This document shows positions 16,990-24,000 of a stretch of DNA of 24,000 nucleotides, one piece after another. The notes beneath the pieces are model-generated. The model searched no databases. It was not told the DNA's origin and saw nothing but the letters and a program-made list of their open reading frames with translations. The DNA is taken from NCBI RefSeq assembly GCF_001559865.1, contig NZ_LOHE01000035.1, positions 79,134 to 103,133 on the forward strand, written 5' to 3'. Source of the DNA: Abyssisolibacter fermentans (GTDB lineage: Bacteria > Bacillota > Clostridia > Tissierellales > MCWD3). Each line of letters opens with the position of its first letter. The stretch's first letter is position 1. The position numbers were made by a program, and so were the translations under genes.

Positions 16990-17728
16990 ATTAGAGCCTA
17001 GATTTGATTTTATTGACTCAGAGATAGAAACGATAGTTCAAAGAGGTGTTAAACCTAGAGTATCATTTTTGGGGCATATAAAAGATATGTACAGCCAGTT
17101 GGGAGTTAGAAATATATTTCATGATATGAGTGAGATAATTTTTATAGTGCTTATTGGTATAGTATTTTTTACATTAGCATTAGTCGTTACTAAAAATGAT
17201 AACAGTGTAACAATTCAACAGATATACAGTTTTATATTTGTTGTTTCACCTCTTTTATACCTAAGTATTTCATTATTTTCCTTTTTTAATACGAAACAAA
17301 AAAAGACTTTTGAGATAGAGATGACATGTAAGTATAACATATATCAAATATCTGCTCTTAGAATGCTCATATTTAGCATTGTCACCATTTTGATTAATAC
17401 AATCATTCTTTTTATATTTTTTTACTCAAGTAAAGAAATAGATGTGTTAAGAGTATTAATAATTTCGATTTCTTCATTGTTTTTATTTTCTTCGATATTT
17501 CTTTATGCAATAGTGAATATTTCATCATCATTGACTAAGTATTTTATTACATTAGGATGGATATCAGCAAATATTATATTAAATGCCTATAAGATAGATT
17601 TTTATAATAAGCTTTTGATAGAAGTTCCAATATTTGTACATGTATTAATAACAATGATATGTACAGCTGTATATTTAAAAAATTTAAAAAGACTTATTAA
17701 CTTCAAGAATATAAAGGGAGAGATTTAA
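16976..17728 (+). CDS. polytopic membrane protein, putative anti-sigma factor
   Basis: Overlaps the sigma gene by 14 nt, with SD GGAGAGGG. Soluble N-terminal ~50 aa followed by at least 5 hydrophobic segments. No HxxxCxxC zinc anti-sigma motif. Confidence 0.5.
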   Translation: MNKDKLEPRFDFIDSEIETIVQRGVKPRVSFLGHIKDMYSQLGVRNIFHDMSEIIFIVLIGIVFFTLALVVTKNDNSVTIQQIYSFIFVVSPLLYLSISLFSFFNTKQKKTFEIEMTCKYNIYQISALRMLIFSIVTILINTIILFIFFYSSKEIDVLRVLIISISSLFLFSSIFLYAIVNISSSLTKYFITLGWISANIILNAYKIDFYNKLLIEVPIFVHVLITMICTAVYLKNLKRLINFKNIKGEI

Positions 17729-18604
17729 GTGTTAATAGTAAATAATTTAAGCAAGAGTTTCGGAAGATTTTCAGTACTTGAAAATATAAAATTAGAATTT
17801 ACTAATGGTATATATGGATTATTAGCTCCAAATGGAGCAGGAAAGACAACTCTTATAAAACTGCTTACGACATTAATATTTCCTACGAAAGGAGAAATTC
17901 TTTATAACGGTACAGATATAAAAAAATTAGATGATGAGTATCGTGATATATTAGGATACCTGCCGCAAGAATTTGGATATTATAATAATTACAGTCCATC
18001 GCAGTTTTTGATGTACATAGCAGCATTAAAAGGACTAGATAAAAGCACTGCTAAGAATAGAGTAAAAGAGCTTTTAGAAGTAGTAGGACTAAAGGAAGTA
18101 GCAAATAAGAAAATGAAGAAATTTTCTGGAGGGATGATACAGCGTGTTGGTATTGCACAAGCATTATTAAATGATCCTAAGCTGTTAATATTAGATGAAC
18201 CAACTGCTGGACTAGATCCAAAAGAAAGAGTAAGATTTAGAAATTTACTAAGCAGTTTATCAAGAGACAGAATAGTAATAATATCAACTCATATAGTATC
18301 TGACATTGAGTTTATTGCAAATGAAATTATTATGATAAAAAAGCATAAGGTACTGTATAAAGATACTATAAAAAACATATGTAGAATATTAGATAATAAG
18401 GTCTATGAAACTAATATTGAGTTTAATGATGCTATGAATTTTAGAAAAAAGTACATAGCGTTATCTGAAAAACAAGAAAGCGGAAATATGTGTATAAGAT
18501 TTATATGTGAAGACAATGACGATAAAAAAGATGATTGGAAAGCAGTTACTCCAAACCTTGAAGATATATTTTTGTATGAATATAGAGATTCAATAGAGGA
18601 GTAA
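17729..18604 (+). CDS. ABC transporter ATP-binding protein
   Basis: Walker A APNGAGKTT, signature FSGGMIQRVGIAQAL, Walker B LLILDEPTAGLD. GTG start abuts the previous stop, with SD AAGGGAGAG. Confidence 0.9.
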   Translation: MLIVNNLSKSFGRFSVLENIKLEFTNGIYGLLAPNGAGKTTLIKLLTTLIFPTKGEILYNGTDIKKLDDEYRDILGYLPQEFGYYNNYSPSQFLMYIAALKGLDKSTAKNRVKELLEVVGLKEVANKKMKKFSGGMIQRVGIAQALLNDPKLLILDEPTAGLDPKERVRFRNLLSSLSRDRIVIISTHIVSDIEFIANEIIMIKKHKVLYKDTIKNICRILDNKVYETNIEFNDAMNFRKKYIALSEKQESGNMCIRFICEDNDDKKDDWKAVTPNLEDIFLYEYRDSIEE

Positions 18605-18607
18605 GCC

Positions 18608-19876
18608 ATGATTTATAAGATGTATGAGTTGAAAAAATCTGTATCATATCCGTTAATAGTGTTAATCTGTATATTTATAGGTTTTAACTTTTTATTAATA
18701 AGTGAAAAACTCTATGTAAGAGAAGAGCTTGATTCACTAAACAAAATAATAGACGAAGTTGGCTATAAAATAGATGATGAAATGTTAGAAAAACTTGATA
18801 AATATTATAACGATAAACTAAAAAAGTTTAACAATTTAAATCATAAAAAGACCAACAAAATTTATAAAAGTATAGACGATTTTTTTGAAAAAAACAAATA
18901 TCAAATTGAAGAAGTAATGGACGGTTATACGGATGAAGAAAAGGAATTACTTGATGATTTAAGGGTAATAGAGTTTTATTATGATTTGATAAATCCGTTA
19001 AAAGCTCAATATAAAAATATAGACATTATAGAGTTAGGCGAAGAGCAAATAGAAATGAATAAATTATCAGGTCAGGCAGCAGAAACAGTAAGAACTCAAT
19101 ATAGAAAATTTAATGATAGATTTTATGAAATAATTAAGAATAAAGAGCATATAAATTTATTTTTATTTGGCAAGAGTAATAGAATGCATTTATTTCTATT
19201 TAGAGACTTATTAAAAACTATAATGTTTGAAGTGATGATAATTGTAGTATTAATAACTTCTTATTTAATTAATTATGAATTTAATAATAAGACTTTCGTT
19301 TTGATTTACACTACAAGGAAAGGTAGGAATCTTATAAAAGACAAGCTGTTTACAGCTTTGATAATAAGTGTACTAGTTACAACGGTTATAATGGGTATTA
19401 CATTAGGAGTGTATTTTATTGTTTTTGATTATTCAAGGCTCTTAAATGTACCTATAAATAGTGTTTTTAATTGGGAATTGAAGACTCCATTTATGAGCTG
19501 GTTTAAAATGTCCTATGGTAAGTTTTTATTATGTTCTATAGGGCTGGTGTATGCTATAGAATTAGTTTTTGTAGGTATAGCTGTTGTTTTATCAGAGCTA
19601 ATAAGAAATAATTACGTAGTATTTTTTGTATTTTTGATTTTAGCAGGTATATGCTATATGCTTCCTTCGATTATACCAGGAAGTACAAAGCTTATATTTT
19701 TATCAGTATTAACACCTTTTTCACTTGTGTGGGGTTCAGTATTTTGGTTTATGGAAAGTGGAGCACTTACAATAATTAAATACTATGAACTGATTACACT
19801 AGGCGTTTGGGCTTGTATATTGATTATATTAATAAAACTATGTATAAAGAGATTTAAGCATCAAAATATATATTAA
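18608..19876 (+). CDS. ABC-2 type permease with a large N-proximal soluble loop
   Basis: N-terminal TM segment, ~170-aa hydrophilic region, then 5-6 TM segments. YTTRKGRNLIKDKLFTALI is shared with the next permease. Confidence 0.75.
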   Translation: MIYKMYELKKSVSYPLIVLICIFIGFNFLLISEKLYVREELDSLNKIIDEVGYKIDDEMLEKLDKYYNDKLKKFNNLNHKKTNKIYKSIDDFFEKNKYQIEEVMDGYTDEEKELLDDLRVIEFYYDLINPLKAQYKNIDIIELGEEQIEMNKLSGQAAETVRTQYRKFNDRFYEIIKNKEHINLFLFGKSNRMHLFLFRDLLKTIMFEVMIIVVLITSYLINYEFNNKTFVLIYTTRKGRNLIKDKLFTALIISVLVTTVIMGITLGVYFIVFDYSRLLNVPINSVFNWELKTPFMSWFKMSYGKFLLCSIGLVYAIELVFVGIAVVLSELIRNNYVVFFVFLILAGICYMLPSIIPGSTKLIFLSVLTPFSLVWGSVFWFMESGALTIIKYYELITLGVWACILIILIKLCIKRFKHQNIY

Positions 19877-20173
19877 CCCAGATTATTCATAGAAAATTAT
19901 GAGCAGGGAACTAAAATCTGTGATTTTATGTGAGTCGCTTATTCATATGAAGGAACTGAATATGAGATTCATTAATAAACATCCTTCTGATTATAAGATA
20001 TCCATTAAATTCTCGACATACCAACTTGGTATGCCTTCGAATCTAATTTAAAATGTACCTCAGACTCATTACTTCGTCTGAATAAGCGATTCACACTAAA
20101 TTAAAATTTAGGTTCTCTGCTCATAATTCAGAAACTTACAGCATATTATGGGGCGTTATATGAATAATCAGGG
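19877..20173. mobile_element. 297-bp non-coding MITE-like element carrying two inverted hairpin modules
   Basis: TIRs CCCAGATTATTCATA (19877-19891) and TATGAATAATCAGGG (20159-20173) match 14/15 as reverse complements. Flanked by ATTAA on both sides (19872-19876, 20174-20178). Internal modules at 19899-19966 (+) and 20058-20124 (-). Confidence 0.75.
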
Positions 20174-20189
20174 ATTAAGGAGAATGAAT

Positions 20190-21320
20190 ATGAAGGTAGT
20201 ACTAAACGAAATAAAAAAGATATTTAATATAAAAATGATTTCTTTGGTGATAATAGGAAGTTTTATGATGTATTATATATTTATCAGCTTTTATATAGAT
20301 TATTTTCCTAATGGGAGACCAGAAAGTGATTTTTATAATATATCAGTTAAAATGATAGAAGACTATGGTAATAATATGGACAGCAGTGAATTTAATAACT
20401 TCAAGGGTATTCACGCAGAAAAAATTAAAAAAGCAAATAAATATCTTACCTCAAAAGAAGAATTTGTAAAGGTAGGTATAACTACTTATAGTGCATTTGA
20501 AGATATAGATGTATATGATGAGGAGTTATATAACCTAATAAAAAAAGTAATGTTTGAAGAGCAAGTAGATGTGTTTTGGGAGCTTCAAGCAATGGATTGG
20601 CTGGTATATAAATATGAAAACAGTGAAGAGAAGGTATCTAAAAGTAGCCTAAATACAAACTATGAAGGCAGAAATAAACAACTAAAACAAAATAATAATA
20701 ATAATGATATTCTGCCGTATTTTGTTTTTAATAATTTTAATGATTCTGTACAGTATGTTATAGCATTGATATTATTGAGTGTAATATTTATGACAATACC
20801 AATATTTTTAAGAGATAAAAGAAATAAAGTAGAGTACATTCAATATACCTCTAAAACGGGCAGAAATTTATACAAGAAAAAGATAGCTGCAGCTTTGATT
20901 TCAGCATTTATGATTACAGCAACACAAATGGGAGCTTTCTTGATAATCTATTCTACTAATAATGTAAGTATGTATTTTAAGAGCAGTATAAATTCTATTT
21001 TCAATAAATTATTTTGGTTTGATTTGAGTTTTATGCAGTATATATATGTTATTGTTATATGTACATTTATATTAAGCTTTGTAGTTTCATTAATAACAGC
21101 ATTTGTATCAAGCAAAGTATCAAATTATATGGCTGCAATAGGGTTGCAGATTCCAATATATGCAGGGCTTATATTCTTAGTGCAAAGATATATAATTAAT
21201 GATTTGACAGTTATATATAAAGGTAAAGCATTAACATTTATTTGTTACCTAACACTTATTATAATTTCTACAGTGTTGGTTGTATTAAGATGGAAAAAGG
21301 AGAGAGCTATAGAAATATAG
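20190..21320 (+). CDS. ABC-2 type permease, paralog of 18608-19876
   Basis: YTSKTGRNLYKKKIAAALI and the same topology. I prefer ATG 20190 (SD AAGGAG at 20177-20182, 7-nt spacing). The track's extra 14 codons from 20148 read through the element's right TIR. Confidence 0.75.
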   Translation: MKVVLNEIKKIFNIKMISLVIIGSFMMYYIFISFYIDYFPNGRPESDFYNISVKMIEDYGNNMDSSEFNNFKGIHAEKIKKANKYLTSKEEFVKVGITTYSAFEDIDVYDEELYNLIKKVMFEEQVDVFWELQAMDWLVYKYENSEEKVSKSSLNTNYEGRNKQLKQNNNNNDILPYFVFNNFNDSVQYVIALILLSVIFMTIPIFLRDKRNKVEYIQYTSKTGRNLYKKKIAAALISAFMITATQMGAFLIIYSTNNVSMYFKSSINSIFNKLFWFDLSFMQYIYVIVICTFILSFVVSLITAFVSSKVSNYMAAIGLQIPIYAGLIFLVQRYIINDLTVIYKGKALTFICYLTLIIISTVLVVLRWKKERAIEI

Positions 21321-21355
21321 TTAATTTAATTTGTTTATAAGTGTGTATATGATAT

Positions 21356-21399
21356 AATTCCTATTATTAGAGTTAATACTCTTTTAATAGGAATTTTTT
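21356..21399 (+). terminator. rho-independent terminator
   Basis: AATTCCTATTA..AGAGT-TAAT-ACTCT..TAATAGGAATT with a symmetric TT/TT internal loop, followed by TTTTTT. Confidence 0.8.
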
Positions 21400-21623
21400 A
21401 AGCATAGGCTAAATTCATTTGTTGTTAATTGCTTACTTCTTGAAACAAATTTGTGTCTCCGCTAGTGACACAAATTTTAGATTAATAAAGAGAATTTAGT
21501 TAGAAGGTAGAAGACCAATTAGATAAGAATAGTTATTTTGTGTTATTTTTTGATAAAAACGTATGATAATTATGAAAACATTATAAATTGGTTAGAATTA
21601 AAAAAACAATAACGAGGATTTAT

Positions 21624-22580
21624 ATGAATAGAGAAGAATTGATAAATTATATAGATATGCAGTTTAGATATAATGAAAAGGTAAACTTATTTTATAAAAG
21701 AAATTTAGAAGGTACTAAAAGTAACATAAGACCGTCTGAATATTTTTTATTTGGATGTGGAAAATTCAAGAATGAGATTAGAGAAAGTTTAAAGAGTGAA
21801 TATGATAATGATAAGTATGATTATCTATCTGATTATTTCATGCAGAAAGCTATAAAAATGTTTATATTTAATAATCAATATTTATATTTTACAAAGAGCA
21901 GTCAAAAAATATTGAAAGATATTTATATAAGATACATTGAGAATATATATAAACTACTAAGTAGGGAAGAAATAAATACTAAAGATATTGAAAAGATATT
22001 ATATATTCATTCTTGTAATCTTTGTGAGTTTTTGATAGAGACTAATGGAGACTATATTTCTAAAAATCAAAGTAATATGTTTATAGAAAAAATAATATGT
22101 GAAGAATATTCTCCTGAATTTCAGCTGAAAATACTAGCTTTAAATATATCTGATATAGTAGAGCCTGTTTTGGACTTAGGCTGTGGAGAAAATGCTAATT
22201 TAGTTAAATATTTGAGAGATCATGGAATAAAAGCATATGGATTAGATAGATGTATAGATAAAAATACTGATTACTTATATTCATTTGATTGGTTTGATTT
22301 TGATTATAGAAAGAATTATTGGGGAACTATCATATCGCATATGGCATTTTCAAATCATGTCTATCATCACATGAATAGATCAGATGGACATATCCAAAAA
22401 TTCAATACGAAAATTAATGAATTATTAAGCTCATTAAAAACAAATGGAAGTTTTATTTATGCACCGGGACTGCTGGGTGTTGAAGCTTATATAAATACTC
22501 TAGGGCAGTACAGCATAAAAAAACATCAAATATCATCAATGGATCAAAGGTTTTATTCAACAAGGATATTGAAGTTTTAG
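21624..22580 (+). CDS. hypothetical protein with a C-terminal class I SAM-methyltransferase-like domain
   Basis: VLDLGCGENANLVKYL (motif I), AYGLDR, WGTIISHMAF, LKTNGSFIY. The N-terminal ~180 aa has no recognisable motif. I prefer ATG 21624 (SD ACGAGGA) over the track start 21588. Confidence 0.55.
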   Translation: MNREELINYIDMQFRYNEKVNLFYKRNLEGTKSNIRPSEYFLFGCGKFKNEIRESLKSEYDNDKYDYLSDYFMQKAIKMFIFNNQYLYFTKSSQKILKDIYIRYIENIYKLLSREEINTKDIEKILYIHSCNLCEFLIETNGDYISKNQSNMFIEKIICEEYSPEFQLKILALNISDIVEPVLDLGCGENANLVKYLRDHGIKAYGLDRCIDKNTDYLYSFDWFDFDYRKNYWGTIISHMAFSNHVYHHMNRSDGHIQKFNTKINELLSSLKTNGSFIYAPGLLGVEAYINTLGQYSIKKHQISSMDQRFYSTRILKF

Positions 22581-22591
22581 TTAAATTAGGG

Positions 22592-23260
22592 GTGAGTGAA
22601 GTGAACAAAGAAAACAATGCTTTTTGTTCCTTTAGTGGGGGTAAGGATTCTTGTCTTGCACTACATAGAGCATTAAAAGAAGGAATTAAAGTGAAATATT
22701 TATTTACAATGTTTAAAGAAGATGGACAAAGATCTAGAGGACATGGTTTAAAGCCTGAAATTATAAAAAAACAGGCTGAGCTTCTTGATATGGACTTAAT
22801 TTATGGAGAGGCTACATGGGAAGACTATGAAAATGTTTTTAAAGAAAAGATGTGTCTATTAGAAAAAGAAGGAGCTAAAATAGGTGTATTTGGAGATATA
22901 GATATAGATGACCATAGAGAGTGGGTTGTAAAGGCATGCGATCATACTGAAATAGAAGTATATCATCCTATTTGGCAGGAGAGTAGAAGAAAGTTAATTG
23001 AAGAATTTGTTGATTTAGGCTTCAAAGCTATTATAGTGACATTGAATGGTGATGTTTTGTCAAAAGATTATTTAGGCAGAGTTTTTGATAAAACATTAAT
23101 TAAAGAATTTGAACAACTTGGTATTGATGCATGTGGAGAAAATGGCGAATTTCATACAATAGTTATTGACGGACCTATCTTTAAAGAACCACTAAAATTT
23201 GCACGAAAGGATGTCATTAAAATTCAAAACTATTATATGCTTGATTTGGATTTAAATTAG
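22592..23260 (+). CDS. PP-loop ATP pyrophosphatase of the Dph6/MJ0570 (diphthine-ammonia ligase-like) family
   Basis: SFSGGKDS PP-loop, VFGDIDIDDHREW, HPIWQESR, GENGEFHTIVIDGPIF. The start may be GTG 22601. There is an 11-nt gap to the upstream gene. Confidence 0.8.
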   Translation: MSEVNKENNAFCSFSGGKDSCLALHRALKEGIKVKYLFTMFKEDGQRSRGHGLKPEIIKKQAELLDMDLIYGEATWEDYENVFKEKMCLLEKEGAKIGVFGDIDIDDHREWVVKACDHTEIEVYHPIWQESRRKLIEEFVDLGFKAIIVTLNGDVLSKDYLGRVFDKTLIKEFEQLGIDACGENGEFHTIVIDGPIFKEPLKFARKDVIKIQNYYMLDLDLN

Positions 23261-23944
23261 GTTGTTTCAAAATGGCAAATTTCTGCGTTATTGAAATATT
23301 TCACGACTAATCATGAGCAGCGAACAGAAATCTACGATTTCTAGTAAGTCGCTTACTCCTAGGAACGAAGTGAGTAGTGAGCTACATCTAGTACGCTCAT
23401 ATCTGTAAGCAGAGAACCCAAAATTCATTTTTGGAGTGAATCGCTTACTCAGAGGAAGAATGAGTCTGAGTTTCAAATAATATATAGCCTTGAACTTTAC
23501 TTATTTTGAAACAACCCAAAGAGATGTCTCAAAATAGCAAACTTCTGCGATGAGCAGCGAACAGAAATCTACGATTTCTAGTAAGTCGCTTACTCCTAGG
23601 AACGAAGTGAGTAGTGAGCTACATCTAGTACGCTCATATCTGTAAGCAGAGAACCCAAAATTCATTTTTGGCGTGAATCGCTTACTCAGAGGAAGAATGA
23701 GTCTGAGTTTCAATTAGTATATAGCCTTGAACTTTACTTATTTTGAAACAACCCAAAGAGATGTCTCAAAATGGCAAATTTCTGCGATGAGCAGCGAACA
23801 GAAATCTTTGATTTCTAGTAAGTCGCTTACTCCTAGGAACGTAGTGAGTAGTGAGCTACATCTAGTACGCTCATATCTGTAAGCAGAGAACCCAAAATTC
23901 ATTTTTGGAGTGAATCGCTTACTCAGAGGAAGAATGAGTCTGAG
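23261..23944. repeat. three head-to-tail copies (237-bp period) of a 230-bp TIR-bounded unit, each with two direct hairpin modules
   Basis: ATGAGCAGCGAAC at 23313, 23550 and 23787. GAGTCTGAG ends at 23470, 23707 and 23944. Left ends at 23261, 23523 and 23760; right ends at 23503-23515 and 23740-23752. 7-nt CCAAAGA linkers. Confidence 0.9.
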
Positions 23945-24000
23945 TAAGTGACTCTAACAGTAAGTTTTGTTTATTGACTATATATATTTACTACCTTCCC

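Noticed and set aside
18403-18609. Antisense ORF at the end of the ABC ATPase gene
   Set aside because: It lies opposite a CDS with Walker A and B and signature motifs and has no SD.
19899-20051. Plus-strand small ORFs starting at the conserved ATGAGCAG of the modules (50 codons at 19899; 31 codons at 23313, 23550 and 23787)
   Set aside because: No SD precedes any copy. The differences between module versions are all non-synonymous in this frame while preserving base pairing, which argues for structure rather than protein.
20148-20189. N-terminal extension MGRYMNNQGLRRMN of the second permease in the ORF track
   Set aside because: These codons read through the right TIR of the inserted element. 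ATG 20190 has a well-spaced AAGGAG SD, and the mature protein starts with the expected MKVVLNEIKK plus TM segment.
23270-23287. TGGCAAATTTCTGCG in the left part of each tandem unit as a sigma-54 promoter
   Set aside because: GG and GC are separated by 9 nt rather than the required 10, and the -12 element is CTGC rather than TTGC.
23288-23713. Minus-strand ORFs 23288-23476 and 23501-23713, which have identical N-terminal 54 aa
   Set aside because: They are read-throughs of the tandem repeat. Their identity simply reflects the 237-bp repeat. They have no SD and implausible composition, and the sequence differences follow hairpin complementarity rather than codon constraints.
1-24000. Search for CRISPR arrays, tRNA/rRNA genes and transposase, integrase or phage genes
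   Set aside because: I found no short direct repeats with unique spacers, no cloverleaf-like GC-rich segments and no recombinase-like ORFs. The only repeats are the hairpin-module elements described above.

Overview
Low-GC, Clostridium-like Firmicute chromosomal segment (inferred from AT-rich codon usage and GGAGG-type ribosome-binding sites). I support 22 intact coding genes, all but one on the + strand, plus one decayed gene. In order they are: (1) the edge of a RiPP-like cluster, made up of a radical SAM/SPASM maturase, a decayed ABC ATPase and a protein with paired GxxH motifs; (2) a two-gene ABC-2 exporter with its own promoter and operator; (3) a sigma-54/LevR-type activator, a textbook -24/-12 promoter and a lactose/cellobiose-family PTS (EIIB, EIIA, EIIC) followed by a MalY/PatB-type C-S lyase; (4) an HExxH polytopic membrane protein, a DMT-type transporter, a small membrane protein and three GNAT acetyltransferases; (5) a sigma-70/ECF-like factor, a polytopic putative anti-sigma, an ABC ATPase and two paralogous permeases; (6) a methyltransferase-like protein coupled to a Dph6-like PP-loop ATPase. 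The most unusual signal is non-coding. A family of ~70-nt double-hairpin modules has a conserved core (GAGCAGNGAAC, hairpin, RTCGCTTAYTC, hairpin, GAG). It appears as a 297-bp MITE-like insertion with terminal inverted repeats (TIRs) between two tightly coupled permease cistrons, as a decayed relic after another stop codon, and as three head-to-tail 237-bp-period units at the 3' end of the window. Hairpin stems differ between copies but stay complementary. No rRNA, tRNA, CRISPR array, transposase or integrase gene was seen.
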